A stretch of DNA of 64,000 bases, taken from assembly GCF_009914755.1 (NCBI RefSeq), contig NC_060937.1; one strand, given 5' to 3'. Below are positions 15,240 to 30,700 of this stretch, in pieces (the first letter of the stretch is position 1; each line of letters opens with the position of its first letter). The position numbers were made by a program, and so were the translations under genes. The notes under the pieces were generated by a model, which was given only the letters and a program-made list of their open reading frames with translations, made no database searches and was not told where the DNA came from. This DNA is from the human T2T-CHM13v2.0 reference genome, Homo sapiens.

Positions 15240-16812
15240 AAAATCATGCTATTGATGCTGGAGCCATTGTACACCTCTTGCTTTAAAAAAATAAACCTCA
15301 ACCTAAACTTCATATCTTATTTAAATTTATCTCAAAATGGACCATTAAATGTAAAATGTAAAACCATTACAATTTTAGAAAAAAAGAACAGAAATAGTCA
15401 TCATCATCTAGGCTGAGGGAAAGGTTCTGAGACTTGACCCCCAAAATTATCCATAATAAAAAAATTGATAAATTGAGTGCATCAAAATTAAAATATTTTG
15501 CTCCACAAAGACTCTGTTACATGGATAAAAAGACAAGCTGTAGACTTGGAGAAAATATTTGCAAACCATATACCCAACAAAAGAATAGTAACTAGAATAT
15601 ATAAAGACATGTCAAAAGACAATAGTATAAAAAAGAAAAATCAAGTAGAAAATGGGCAAAAGACCTGACACATAGTTAAAGCAAAGAGCACATACAGATA
15701 GCTAGTAAGTGCGTAAAAAGGTGCTCAACATCATTAGCCAGTAGAGAAATGCAAATTAAAAACCACATTTCACTGCCAGAAGCAGTCTGCATTATACAAA
15801 ATTAATAAAAGTCACTAATTTCTGCAACTTTCTATTTTATTTGCTTCCATGGCAAATTGTTGATTTTTGTGTCATTTCTCCATTTCTTTTTGAGGTTCCT
15901 TCCTTCTTCTTCCCTAAATTGAATGTGACCACTACTCAGCAATATTTTTTTATTTCTGTCTAAAATATTTCTTAGAGATTTTATGTTTATGACTTCAAAT
16001 TCCAAATTTTCATTAATGATTTAGTGTGAATTGTTTCTTTAAGCTTTAAGTGAGTAAAAAGTAATATCTATCAGAATGGCTAAAATTAAAAAAAAATGAC
16101 ATCAGATGTGGGTGAGGATGGGAAGAAACTAGATTGCTGGTGGGAATATAAAATAGTATAGCCACTCTGTATAACAGTTTGGCTGTTTCTTATAAAACTA
16201 AACATTCAACTACCATATTACCCTATAATCATTTCCTTGGGCATTTATCTCAGAGAAATAAAAACTAACATTTATGCCCCAAAATTACATAAATATTTGT
16301 ATTAGATTTATTTATAATAGCCAAAAACTGGAAAAATTCAGATTTCCTTCAACAGATCAATAGTTAAAAGATAACCCCCAAAACTCTGGTACACGCATAT
16401 CATGAAACATTACTCATCAATCAAAGTAAACAAATTATCAATACAATGCGATAACCTGGGTGCATCTATAAAGAATTATATTGAGTGAGAAAAGTCAGCT
16501 CCAAAATGTTACATACTACGTGGTCACATTTGTATAACATTCTTAAGATGAGAATAATGATAGATATACAAGACAGATTGTTAGTTGCCAGGGGTTAAGA
16601 TGGTGTGAAGATAGGAGGGAAGTAGGTGTCACAGTAAAAGGGCAGCTTGTGTGAATAGAAATGTTCTGTGTCTTGACTATGTAAATGTCAATATCCTGAC
16701 TTGCAAGATGTTACTATTAATAGGGATGAAGTAAAAGGCACACAGGATCTCTCTATATAACATATCATAAATGTAAAACTATAATTATCACAAAAGAAAA
16801 AGTTTAAAAAAG
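15240..16812 (+). mobile_element. L1MD/L1MC-type 3' fragment, interrupted at ~15768-16065
   Basis: ORF2 C-terminal motifs ('gaaatgcaaattaaaaaccaca', 'agaatggctaaaat') and an MD/MC-type 3'UTR ('ttagttgccaggggtt', 'cacaggatctctct'). Confidence 0.75.
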
Positions 16813-17266
16813 TAGAAGTTGATGGATTTGCAGTTGTATCCAGGAGGGTAATGTACATTATTTAGATAGATCAAGTAGACAAAAGTGACAAAGTATAAAT
16901 AATGTTAATTATAAATTAACAAAACTAAAAAATACCATTAATACTTACAAAATATTATTAATTAAATGTTTATCTGAATTATGCAAATACATTTTATAAA
17001 TCTATATAAAATTTTCTATCATGAAAACTGAACATATAGCCTTTACAAGTGCCCAGAGAGGAGTAAAAAATAAACATATCATAATGCACATATATATGCT
17101 GTGATAAATTCAACAGCACTGCCCAAATTTTCAGGCTACAATATTACAAATTAGAATTGTTAAAATTATTAACAAAGTTCAATCAGTTAGAAATTTATCA
17201 TACCCTCCAATAATTCTTACAGTGAAAACAGGAGTAAAATTAGACCATGTAGAAAATGAATGTTTG

Positions 17267-18059
17267 TGCCACCAACAATCATATGAAAAAAAGCTCCAAA
17301 TCACTGATCATTAGAGAAATGCAAATGAAAACCACAATGTGATATCATCTCACACCAGTCAGAATGGCTCTAATTAATAATTGAAAAAATTGTAGATGCT
17401 GTTGAGGTTGTGGAGAAAGGGAACACTTACATGCTGTTGGTGGGAGTTTAGGTTAATTCAACCATTGTGAAAAGCAGTATGGCAATTCCTCAAACAGCTA
17501 AAAGCAAAACTTCCATTTGACCTAGCAATCCCATTACTGGTTATATACCCAGAGGAATATAAAGCATTCTGCCATAAAGACACATGCACACAAATGTTCA
17601 TTGCAACACTATTCACAAGAGCAAAAGCATGGAATCAACTTAAATGTCCATCAATGATAGACTGGATAAAGAAAATGTGGTACATATACACCATGGAATA
17701 CTATGCAGCCATAAAAAAGAATGAGATCATGTCCTTTGCGGGAATGTGAATGGAGCTGGAGGCCATTATCCTTAGCAAACTAACACAAGAACAGAAAACC
17801 AAATACTGCATGTTAGTGGGAGCTAAATGATGAGACCACATGGGGACGTAGAGGAGAACAACACACGCTGGGGCCTGTCAGATGGTGGAGGGTGAGAGGA
17901 AGGAGTGGAGGGAGAGGGTCAGGAAAAGTAACTAATAGATGCTAGGCTTAATACCTGGGTAATTAAATAATCTGTACAACAAACTCCCATAACACAAATT
18001 TATCTATGTAACAAAACTGCACATGTACCCTTGAACTTAAGACAAAAGTTTAAAAAAGA
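17267..18059 (+). mobile_element. 5'-truncated older L1PA (PA13-16-like) 3' end
   Basis: ORF2 end plus 3'UTR ('taggcttaatacctgggt', 'gcacatgtacccttgaactt'). 16-bp TSD agaaaatgaatgtttg at 17251-17266 and 18060-18075. Confidence 0.9.
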
Positions 18060-20159
18060 AGAAAATGAATGTTTGCATATGCAATTAAAAACATATATAT
18101 TGCATATAATACATGCAAGAAAGAGATATATAATAAAATAATCAGTGTTTATATATTTTAATGCCTTCAGAATACTTTGGTATCTCTACTCATAGCCATA
18201 AGTGCTCCCAAATGAAGAAGCTAAAGGCATTCCGATGTGTAAAGTAAGTATTAAATAGGGATGCCAGAGAAGAACATTAAAGCAATCTTAAATGGTAATG
18301 AAAATAAAGATAAGATGAAGCATTAATGAATCAATAATGGAATTAATAAAACATAAAGCCAATAGTTGTTTCTTTACAAAAAAGTTTATAGTCAAATAGA
18401 AAAATCAATTATACCTCAGAAAAATATAACCATAGATTCTGAAAAAATTAAATATAAGCAATATTAATGACAACTTTAATCTTTTACATGAAAATTTCAG
18501 CCTCATCACAGTTTTACAAGATAACAAATGTCCTAAAACTTAACAAGAGAAAGTTAAGAAACTTGAACTCTCCACTAAACATAAAGAAATGTGGCACAGG
18601 CTCATATTACTAGTAATCACTTTTAATTTCCCAATACATAGGTAATTGCTATATACAAATTGTGATATTATTTTAACTTTGTATTAATCTCAAAGAATAT
18701 CACACTTAGAAAACTGCTAAATATGATACCATTACAGTTAAAATATATGCTCTTTGGAAAGCTGAAGTTATATTTCCTCTAGGCTAAATGATACTAACAA
18801 AATCTCCAACCATTGGAAATGTGAGCTGTTATTTTGAGCTGTTAAAGAGTAAAAAAGACAGAGCAAGAAAAAAGTAACATAAGTTATTCCTGATTTATTT
18901 TATTCCCAACGTTAGCAAAATTCCATGGAATATGTTTTCAATAGTGATGGACACTATACATAGTCATAGGCAATGTCTCTGCACTTTCCCTGATAAGTTA
19001 GTAGTGAGATTGAACTCATCAAGTAAAATGAAGTCAATTGCATTTAGCAGAGATTTGCAGCTATTCACGTATCTGGAAGAACTAAAGGAAGAGTTAGCCT
19101 TATTTTAACTTTTTGGCAATTGCACCACCTGTCTCTTCAAAAAGACCATATTTAAATGTCCTTTTACAATGTCACTATAAGGTAGCTTAACTCTTAGTTG
19201 GTAGTCACCTTTCACTAAAATTTGCATCAATTTTCCTCTAAGAGTTCAATATTTATCAGGCAATCTACAGAAAATTCAACTACTATGTAATTTCCTTGCT
19301 GATGAATACATATTTAAAAAGTATGCTATCATTCAAACAGTAATCAAATATAATCATACACCAGAGTATATTTTACCATATAACTCTATTAATATAATGA
19401 AATGCAGAGGTAAATGGAAAATATTTACATAGGTATAAAATAATTGGCATATATGAAAGGTTTTCAGAATATTTTCTTTAATATATATAGATATCTTTGA
19501 AAGGGAGGAAAGTTTTCTTGGATATCGTCTTGTGCCCTTTGTCTGCCTCTTTCATTAAACCATCTTAAATCTGTTCTTATGTGTTCATATGCCAACCATG
19601 TGCAATCTGGCTGTTCGTACTCGTACATTTAATGCATAGAATATCTTTACTACAATAAGTTCATACCCACTGAAAATAGACTAGAGGGAGACAGCAAGTA
19701 GGTCATTGCTAGCAAGTCATTGCTAGCTTTGAAATTATCCCTAATCTGATGCTAGATTTGCACTTTGCCATCCATAATTTTCTTGATATTTAACCAGTAA
19801 TCCATTTGAAATTGGCAGTGTTTTTATATTTATGTTACATTTGTGATTAGCTTCTGAACAGATGTACTTCTCCCTGTGATTCATTGTGTGTTTCAATAGG
19901 ATTTATTTCTGAATTTCTTTCTCTTGTGATGCTGACTCACTAGAAAAACCATATCCTGACCTGTTTCCTCCACTCCACTCAATCTCCTCTATAAGGAAGC
20001 AAAATTAAATTATGACTATGTTAATTGCTAGAGATATGCCAAAAAAAAAAAAAAAAGCTCCTGGACCAGGAGTCAGAAGCCCCACAACTTAGTCTAAGTT
20101 TAACCTGTTGGTGTAACATAGGCCTTCTCTGAGTCTTAATTTCTTTAGTAAATAGAGAA

Positions 20160-20480
20160 ATGTAGTGACATAGATGGAGCTGGAGGCCATTATCCTCAGC
20201 AAACTGCATTAGCAGTAGCAGAAACCAAACACTGCACCTTCTCACCTGTAAGTGGGAGCTAAATGATGAGAACACATGGACACAGAAAGGGGAACAACAC
20301 ATACTGGGGACTATGGGAAGGTGGGAGGTGGGAGGAGGGAGAGGATCAGGAAAAATAACTAATGGGTACTAGGCTTCATACCTGAGTGATTAAATAATCT
20401 GTGCAACAAACTCCCATGACACAAGTTTACCTATGTAACAAACCTGCACATGCACCCCTGAACTTAAAAGTATAAAAAAG
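20160..20480 (+). mobile_element. Short older L1PA 3' end (adjacent to a MIR remnant at ~20050-20160)
   Basis: 'gagctggaggccattatcctcagcaaact...gcacatgcacccctgaacttaaaag'. Confidence 0.85.
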
Positions 20481-23400
20481 TACAAATTGGGTCATATCAC
20501 CCCGCTACCCCCTTTCTAAATCCAATCAATGCCCCTCTTCCTTATTGAATAAAACCTCCTCTTGTCCACATGAACGCCCCCTCCAAAAAAAATTAAAGAT
20601 TGGTATGTTGAAAGCTTCTGGAGTCCCAAAAGTCTTTAAGACTTCAGGCATCAAAGAAATAAGCCTTAAGGGAATACTGTTAAGTCAGAACATTTGAGAA
20701 GATTTGCCTTGAACAAGAGTCCTTGAAATGGCATCATTTAAGTAGCTATATATTCAACCTATGCACAAATGTAATATGAAGATATGTTCAATTAAGGCTT
20801 GTTGAGTATCTCAGTGCAGTAGCTAAAATTACATTATTAAGTAATGGCAAAAAATTAACTGGGTGTCTTGCTTTAGTGCCAACTAAAAGGAATGGTGAAG
20901 TTTGCCCAATCTGATCAGATGTGTTTTCAAAATATTGTTTGACTTCAGTTTTTATTAACCTGCTCAGCAAAAATCCGTTTGTATAGCACTCAGAGAAAGG
21001 GTAGTGTGTTATCTTGTTCAACTAAAGACATTATATATTCAAGTTATAATTTACTGCCTTGGTGTAATAAAAAGCAAATACATTTTTCCCTAATATTTTT
21101 GTCACTCAAATACAAAGTTTTTCAAAATCAAAATATGTTTATGTTTATCTTATATGGTGTTTTACAGCAGGAATATTGAGAATTAGGTTATTTTCAGAGT
21201 TAGATTGTGAAATTAAATCTCATAGAGTTAATTTAAATATTTACTGTGGATAAGAAGGGGTGTAACATACTAAATCTAATATATTAATAGTAATAGGCAC
21301 AGCTATCTAATTTGACTTGTTCTTTTGTTATCTACACATATAATATAAAAATCTTTAGGTTAGATAATTTCTTTTCCGAAAGAATTAGATGTTTCAGTTT
21401 TATCTTACTACCTAGGTACACAGACAATCATGGCTCTTTCCCATCCCAGGAAAGGTAAACATTTGTTTTCCCTAGAAATCCCTTAATGCTTATAGAGCAA
21501 AGTACTGTTATTTTAAAAATGCATTTCATCCTAACAGCCATACTTTCTAAGTATTTACTTAATACAAAGGAAGTAAGCTACAGTTCCTTTTAAATGTAGG
21601 TTATTACTTCAGTCTCCAACCCATTAAGTTTTCTAAACTAGGGCTTGCGGTATTTGGCATCAATTCTCCTATTCTTTTGATAAGTACCTAAACAGGATGT
21701 CCTTGAAAATTATATAAGAAATAGCTCTGCAAGTTTTCCTCCCTCAGGAATAAGCATTAAGATTGGCAGATGGCTTAAGTGGAAATACACAGAAATGCAC
21801 TTTAGCCAGCATTAGAAAGTGTTCCAGCAGATATTACTGAGGTTAATTCATGAAGGACCATCTCACTTCCTTCTGAACTGAAATGTTTTAATGGCCTCAA
21901 GTTAAAGATGCTTAATTTGTGTAAACTATTCCAAGTTAGTCTCAGTGAGGGGAACTGATATATAACTAGCATTATAAAAATGATGTTTGATTCTTTACCA
22001 CAGGAATTTTATTTTTTGATAATGAAGAAAGAAGAAATATCCCAACTCAAACATTTTCCTAAATCTTGGACTGCTAAGTCATTCTGCATACAATTTAAAT
22101 TCTCTATCTTTTTATATTTTTTCTCTTCTTATTCCCCTATTCAAGCACATAAAGTTAAAGTAATATGGCAAATATTTCATTATACTCTCAGAATTAAGTG
22201 TTCATAAGTTCATGAAAAATTTAAGTGCTCAGTAGTAATGTTATGCAAACATTTGAAACATTTCAATTAATTTTCCAAGTTAAAGATGTCATGTATTAGA
22301 AATAATTGGGGAAAGTCCATGAATATGGGAATTGGGAAAATATTAGTGTTTGAAAGTAATACCCTATTTTTATTTAATTCAGTATTTCATAAGCAGCAGG
22401 TATCCCTGTAGACTATAATAATTTTTGTGTTGATATTTCTAAAAGTATGAACATAATATATTCAACAAATAGGAAAGTCCTCAGAATTAACTCAAATGGG
22501 CAAAACGTGGAATTGTCCAGCATACTCCAGCAGTAGCATTTTTAGTGACATAAATTGAGCTTTCCTGTGCTTAAGTACCAACTAGGTAAAGCATAGGAAA
22601 ATGCAAATAGAAAATATTCAAGGAATATGAAGAATTTTTAAACTTTTAGTATTAATTTTGTCCTTCAATCTACCAGCTTACTAGCAAGTCAGCTATCCAC
22701 ATTTCATTATGAGGATATACACATATTTGGTTAAACTGGAGGTCAAAAAATAAGGAACAATTAAAAAAATATTGATAATTGAGAGATTTAACTTCTAGGA
22801 TTTTTCTTTCTTATTTAATTCAAATTGTATTACATAATTTCCTTTCAATCACTCTAACCTTTTACATATTGTATTGCTATCCTGAGAGTGTGTGTACTCT
22901 CTTCCCCGCTAACTTCAGTTTAATGGGAACAGAATAGAGTAGAATTCAGCTAAACACTAAACACTAAATGGACACTTATTACTATTTTATATACAGCATG
23001 TTCAGCTACCAGACATTCCCTACCTCCATTTATCCACATACTAAATTCTGCCTTGAAATTATCAGTAATATATAAGAACTTGGGGAAGTAAATTCTGTGA
23101 GCTAAAATGATCTACGTTCACATGAATCAATATATTTATAGATTTCGGTAACTGTTTTTAAAAACTAAACTTTAATAATAAAAATCACAGGAAAATAAAT
23201 ACATTTATAATTCATGTCATTAAAACAGAAACATTAAGAAACATGCAAAATTCTTCATAGGATATTTTCAAAATGTGTTATAATGCTAACTTGCTCAATT
23301 TGTGTGTGTTTATGTGTGTTTGTGTGTATTTTTCTGTATGTGTGTTGATTTTGGCTTTAGTTGTAAATTGAAAACAGAAGGCAAAATTACTTCCTTATTT

Positions 23401-23966
23401 CCTAAAAATATATACTATATTATCTTTTAAATAAGAGGTTGGAAATGTTTTTATTCAATGAACTACTTTTTTAAAAAAGCGAACTTAATGGTGTTTACAT
23501 GAATATGAATTGCTATGGTTGTAATTCTAAATGAGTCCAAATATCTCTGAGATTACCCCACCTTTTCCTTCTCTACTCCCAAGAAACCAAGAACTTTGTT
23601 TCTCAATTATTTCTTGTATACATCAAAGCTCCCATATTTCCAGTCCACACCTCTGTCATGAGGCCCAGAAAAGCCAGCTTCAATAAAATAAACCCTACAC
23701 TGAAATCACTATAGTCATTCTCTTCAATCTGGATTTTTCTTTTGTATTCCCCAGACAATTCCATAGTATTACCCAAGATTATTACCCAAGTATTATTGCA
23801 AGAGTAATCTTTTAAAGCAAATATAATTATGTCATTCCTGCCAATAACATCCTTTCTAGAGCTTCATAACCTATACGAAAAAGTAGAAACTCCTCATCAT
23901 AGCATAGTAGGTCAAGGACTTCCTAATCTAAGATTGTCTACCTTTCCAATTTACACCATACAGTAA

Positions 23967-24299
<333 letters not shown>

Positions 24300-24944
24300 G
24301 CTATGGTATTTTTTATCAAAATTTTTCTTTTGCAGTATGTCATACTGAAATCAAAGTGTACAAATGAAATCATGCCAGTATGGTTGTGTATTTTTCTCTT
24401 TCTTTTTTAAGACCTGTCAATTTTTCCTGTGTGTATATTGATCTTAAACATTAGCCGCATTATTACAATTACCATTGTTCACAATTACTAAATTATTAAA
24501 TTTTTTATTGGATTAAGTCATTTATCATTATAAAGTGTATTTTCTCACCTTTGCTATCACTTATTGCCTGAATCCTACTACCAAAACATCACCACTTTGA
24601 TTAGTGTTTGCATGCTAATATCCTTTGAGTTTCAGCTTAAAAAAATATTTTTGGTATATTCTATTGTAACCAGTATATTTTTGGATATTTGTCTTTAATC
24701 TAGTGTAAACATTTCTATTTTTATTAAATATTTGATCTATTTATGTTTAATATATTCACTAATGTAGTTGGTTTCAATTTTGTCATTTTATTATTTCTGC
24801 CCTACTCATTTTGTTACTTTAGCTTTCCTTCCCTCCATTATTTTGGGTTAATTAAGTGTTCTTTCATGACTTCATTTTTTTCTCAGCTAGTTATATACTA
24901 AGAGTGTCCAAGTCTTGTTCCTGTTTTTCAAAAACAATTCTTTT

Positions 24945-26185
24945 TTAACTTTTAAAATTTATTTTTATTATTATTTTTTAATTTTTGTGGGTACATAATA
25001 GGTATATTTAGTTATGCAGTACATGAGATGTTTTGACACAGGCGTGCAATGTGACATAAGCACATTATGGGGAATGCGGTGTCAATCCCCTTAAGCATTT
25101 AACCTTTGAGTTACAAACAATTCAATTACACTCTAAGTTATTTTAGAATGTACAATTAAGTTATTATTGCCTATAGTCACCCTGTTGTGCTATCAAATAG
25201 TAGGCCTTATTCATTCTTTCTGTTTTGTTTTGTACACAGTAACCATCCACACCTCCCGCCAATCCCCCTGCTGCCCTTCCCAGCCTCTGGTAACCATCCT
25301 TCTACTATCTCCATGAATTCAATTGTTTTGATTTTTAGATCCCACAAATAAGTGAGAACATGCAGTGTTTGTCTTTTTGTGCCTGGCCTATTTCACTTAA
25401 CATAATGACCTCCAGTTCCATCCATGGTGTTGCAAATGACTGGACAGCATTCTTTTTTATGGCTGAATAGTACTTCATTGTGTATACGTGCCACATGTTC
25501 TTTATCCATTCATCTGCTGATGGACACTCAGGTTGCTTTCAATTATTGGCTGTTGTGAACAGTTCTGCAACAAACACGGAATTGCAGATATCTCTTTGAT
25601 GTATTGATTTCCTTTCTTTTGGGTATATACACAGCAGTGGTATTGCTGGATCCTATGGTAGCTCTTTTCTCAGCTTTTTGAGGAAGCTCCAAACTGTTCT
25701 CCATAGTGGTGGTATTAATTTACATTTCCACCGAAATATACAAGGAAATCTGTATGATTTCTGTATGATTACTCATCATTCACATCTTACTCCAAATGCA
25801 ATGGCCTTTTCTCTAAATTCTTGCCAGCATTTGGGATTTCCTATCTTTGGGATATAAGCCATTTTAACTGGGGTGAAATGATATCTCATTTTAATATTCA
25901 CTTGCAATTCTCTGATAACTAATGATGTTAAGCACTTTTTCATATGCCTGTTTGTCATTTGTGTGTCTTCTTTTGAGAAATGTCTATTCAAATCTTTTGC
26001 CCATTTTTTTGAGAAGAGTATTAGATTTTTTTTCCGTAGAGTTGTTTGAGCTCCTTATATATTTTGGTTATTAATCCCTTATCAGATAGGTAGTTTGCAA
26101 ATATTTTCTTCCATTCTGTGGGTTGTTTCTTCACTTCGTTGATTATATCCTTTGCTTTGCAGAAGCTTTTAAACTTGATGCGATC
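24945..26185 (-). mobile_element. L1MA1/2-like 5'-truncated LINE-1
   Basis: L1MA 3'UTR ('tatagtcaccctgttgtgctatcaaata'). ORF2 C-term peptide at 25776-25991 ([20 protein letters not shown]). Confidence 0.85.
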
Positions 26186-26479
26186 AAAAGGAATTCTTCT
26201 AACATTACCAATATATTTGTAATAGGTAGTTAGTGAATAAAATGGACATATTTACAAAGCAAAGAAGTTCTCTTCTGGTAATAATTTTAATCAGCTCTAT
26301 CATGTTTAATAAAAAGATTTATTGATTAGCAAAGCAAGATCCTTCCTTGTTCTACCAAATATGCTTTTTTTCTACATCTTTGAGAAGATCAGACAGTTTG
26401 CTTCTACCTAAAAATGTACAGGTAGAAAAAAAATTCCAAGGGCTAAGCCTGATAGCTTCCGTCAGACAGCAAGGCTCCA

Positions 26480-27050
26480 GCCTCGCACTCCTAATACCCG
26501 TATTCCACACAGTAGCCAGAGTGACCCTTCTAACGTTCAACTCAGATCATGATTTTCCTATGATTAATAATGCATTCCAATTTCAACAGTAATTAAATAC
26601 ATATTTATTACTATGGTGACAAGATCTTAGAAGATTAGTCATCCATCTGATTGCTTGATTCTCATCTCTCGCCTTCCTTCCCTTATTCACTATATTTCAG
26701 TCATAATGGCCTTCCATCTCTCAAAATAGTCAAGTGCATTTTTATCTCAAGGCCTTTACATCATCTCTTCCTTTAGTTCGGAATATTTTTACGTATCTAG
26801 GGATTACTCATCATTCACATCTTACTCCAAATGCAATGACCTTAGAAGGCGATTTCTTAGCACTATTTCATCCCCATAGGGTCATTTTTTACCCCATATT
26901 ACTTGTTTATTTATCCTGTGTTTATTTTCTGAATTATACCAATTCTTGTACTTGAATACTTAAATACTAGACTCTGTCTGAGTAATTTGCTGCTATATTC
27001 TCAATTTTTCACAGTGCTGGATATACAGTAGGCAAATATATGTGGACTAT
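26480..27050 (+). mobile_element. L2 3' fragment
   Basis: 'ccacacagtagccagagtgacccttct...cagatcatg' and L2-like 3' end 'cagtgctggatatacagtaggc'. Confidence 0.6.
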
Positions 27051-27336
27051 TTGACTACTTTAATTGCATGTCAAAAATAGAATCCGTGATTATTCCTATC
27101 CCAATTTGCTTCCCTCTTAGCACTTTTCCATTTAAGTAAATGACAACATTACTGTGGGTGTGTAAAGTTAAAACTTAGGAGTCACCTTACTTTTTCTTTT
27201 CAGTTCAATTCATTTACTAATTCTTGATTCTTTCCACAAAACATATGCTAATACTGTCTACTGATGTCTGTGTATTCTGCAATCATACTATTCCAGGCCA
27301 GTGTCATATTTCATTTGTTTGGGTATAAAGGCCCCT

Positions 27337-27700
27337 TGTGGTGGATTTATTAGTATTCAGAAATAGGTTCTGCCTCTCTCCTGGGAAGCCTTGTCTTTCT
27401 TCACACTGATGCTCTGGCTTGGCCGTGTAATTTCCTCTGAACAATTGAATGTGAAAATAAGTGTTACTTCTAGGCAGATTCACTAAGAATTAGAATCTCT
27501 AAAGTCAGTCTATCCTTTCCTCTGTTATGAAACAAGAAATTTTTTCAGCCAGAGTCTTCAGCTTCACCCACCTTGTTCTAGAGTGAGGATGAAGTTGAAT
27601 AGGACTTTAGCCTACAGTGCACATACGATTTGTGCTTATAAACCCCTCATGATGATCATCTATTTGTTTTGTTATTGCAGTCATCTAGAAGTAAAATAAC
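27337..27700 (+). mobile_element. Old MaLR LTR (MLT1I/J-like)
   Basis: 'ggcttggccgtgtaatt...gaatgtga', 'gtgttacttctaggcaga', 'tttgttattgcag'. Confidence 0.5.
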
Positions 27701-30700
27701 TAGGTCAAAATAATTAAGACATATTACTACAGGTGGTTACAATTTCTATAAAAATTCAAAGCTAAAAGCAGCACTGAGGTCTAGAAATTATATAAATAAA
27801 TAGTAGTAAACAAAAAAACTATATTTGATTTATGGACTCGCAGAAGATTCATTATATCATCTTCAAGTTACTTATCAAGATGTTACTATCATGCTTAATT
27901 TCCTCAGCTAATTTTAAGATACTGTATGTTTGTATCATTAAATATCTCAATGACACTTTAGAGTATAAAGATGTTATTATTCACCCTTGTTTCCCCAGAA
28001 CTGGAAGAGTATTTCTGTATAGTGAATGCTCCATTCATAGGAATTACTAAAAGAAAGATACATAGACAATGGGTAAATGAACAAATGCATATAGCAAAGC
28101 AAACTGAAATAACGTATTCCAACATTATATGCATAACTAATTAAATCTTAGATACTGATAAGTGGAAAATTATAGTTGTATCCAAAGACAATATTAAAAC
28201 TATTTCTTTGATTTGTCTGACGTAATAGGAGATGTCCCTTGTATATCTTCCTTCCAGAACATTTATTTCAATTATACCTGAAATTCCACCATTTGAGGAT
28301 TGTCCCTTGTTCTCATGCATAGCAGTTTGGTATGGCTTTCTGTATATATGCAGAAATGATATTGCGTATTTTCCAGCTACTAAAATGAATTATTATATAA
28401 TAATTTATTCCTTCATTTAGCATTTATGAAATGTTTAATATAAACAATAATGTTGGATAACTAAACTAAAAAAGTAAAAAGAGACATAAACCCTCATTTC
28501 AATTAAGCAACAGTTTAATGAACAATGTTTTCCTACATTAATGAGGATAACTGAAATTACAGGATTATTTAAAGCTGGCAAACAAGAAAACAAAGAATGA
28601 AAGAAAAATTCTAAGTTATAAGAACGAGTCCATGGTATTGAAAAATGAGAGAAAAGTGAAAAAGGGGATTTCAAAATATGAATTTATATTTATAATTTTA
28701 AGTAGTTAAAAATAAAGTCTTTGATCTGATACAAAGTGACTTTCTCTGCTATTCAAAACTTTTATCTGCTAAAATACTGATTTAGCCCCAATTTACTCTA
28801 TCATATTCAATTCTAGGTGCTTTACCGGTGAAGAAATTGAGACTCAGAGCCATTGGTAAATTTTCCTGTCTACACAGTCTTAAGTAGTTGGTCAGTCAGG
28901 CTCCAAAGTCCATATATTTTCCCCTACCTAGGTTATTATTCTATAAAGTCAGACATTGTTGATTCAATGATTAAAGTACTGTTAGATTTAATTCTTGTAG
29001 TATTCATAATCCTTATTTTCCAGAGGACCAGAAAGGTGAAATAACACAGAAATATTCTGAAAATTACTTATCCTTACCAAAGAGTGTTGCTTGTCTTTTG
29101 GAAATCAGAGACATAAAGAAAGGTCTAGTGTCCAGCTGTATGTTCTTTAAAAAATCTTATCTAGCTTTCCCATTCATGCTCACTATTCTGCTACCTTTCT
29201 CACTTATGCCTAATTCTATAGTTTGAGACCTCGTGGTTGTTTGTTCGAACACAAAATATAAATTCTGCACTCCATTCTTCAAAGCTTAAAATATTTCAAT
29301 GTTCAAAGTCCTTGTTTCCAAATGGTAACATACAGTCAGAATATACTTACATATTTTACTTCAGGATTTTGTTTTAAGAATACATACCAAACAGATAGTC
29401 AGGATTGTTTTAGAAAGCATGCATAAGTGTGATTTTTGTATTTTCTATTTTAAAAGTCTCTTGAAAAATGAATACCACACTTTGAGTCTAATGTTAGATT
29501 ACTTTCCCCCAAATGAGAAGACTTTGACTTGAGTTCTTAAATCTGATGACTAAGCACATTTCTTGACATAAAGTGGAGTCTCCCTAAATATGTCTTGACT
29601 AAGAATTAATTCTGTGAATAGATATGGCTTTTGATATAGGATTCCTAGTAAAACTCCAATCCTACAGAATGAGCTAGGGAGAAAAAAGTTAAATAATTCT
29701 TAGTAGGCTGAAAGGCAAGAGATCTGTCCTAACATATTTAACTCCCTCTAAGGCATACAGATGTTCTTCTCCCAAAGGGAGGAAAGAAGTGGAAGATGAA
29801 ATTGAAGAGATAGTACTATGTCTTGTCAGCAGTTTCGGAACAACTGCCAATGAGATTCACTATTAGCAAAGAGGTTTCAGAGATAATGCATTGTTACAAC
29901 TGGCATCCTCACACAGGATGCTTGGCTTTTTAAAAGAATCAATACTTTGCTATTTGCAATAAAGTTAAAGGTAGAGTGCACAGAGACAGAGAGGGATGTG
30001 GGGAGAGAGAGAATTCAATTATTGTACAAACACTGAGAGAACCAGGTACTTTACTAAAATGACAATTCTCTATATTTGCTTCTCTAAGTAAAATTTTGCA
30101 AGTTAAATTATTAAAAAAATGAGAAAATGTAGGCAGATATAATTCTCATGAGAGAATGATAAGAAATAGGATGGCCTTTTGTCAAATTTCCTTCCTTTTT
30201 TCGTCCTTCTTCCTCTCTCATTTTCGTACCTTTTCCTCTTTCTTTCTTCCTCTTTTTCTCTATTTCTTACTTTCTTTTTTTCATTCTCTCCCTTTCTATC
30301 TCTTCCTCTCTTATTCTTTCATGTTTCTGTGATTCTTTCATTTTAAAAGTTGTTTTTTAAACTACCAATGGAATTATTTCCAAGGTCATTAGTGGCAGCA
30401 TCTGGTATTATTGATGAAAGTGGGATGCCTAGGATTATGTATGGGGGGGAAGAGCAAGAATTCCCTGGGCCCTGTGAAGAAGCAAACTTCTCTTCCATCT
30501 GGTTGTGAGCAGCATCCCTAAGGGACAGTGGACAGGAAAGACACTTAAAGGGCAAATTCCTCTCTACTCCAAGATCTGTACCCAGGGCCAAGCTTTCCCA
30601 CACCTGGACCATGAATGGATTTTTCAATTATAATTAGATAAGAAAGAAACTTTATCATCTATTATTTTCAGGAGCAGAAGTTGGATGGAAATGTTAGTAG

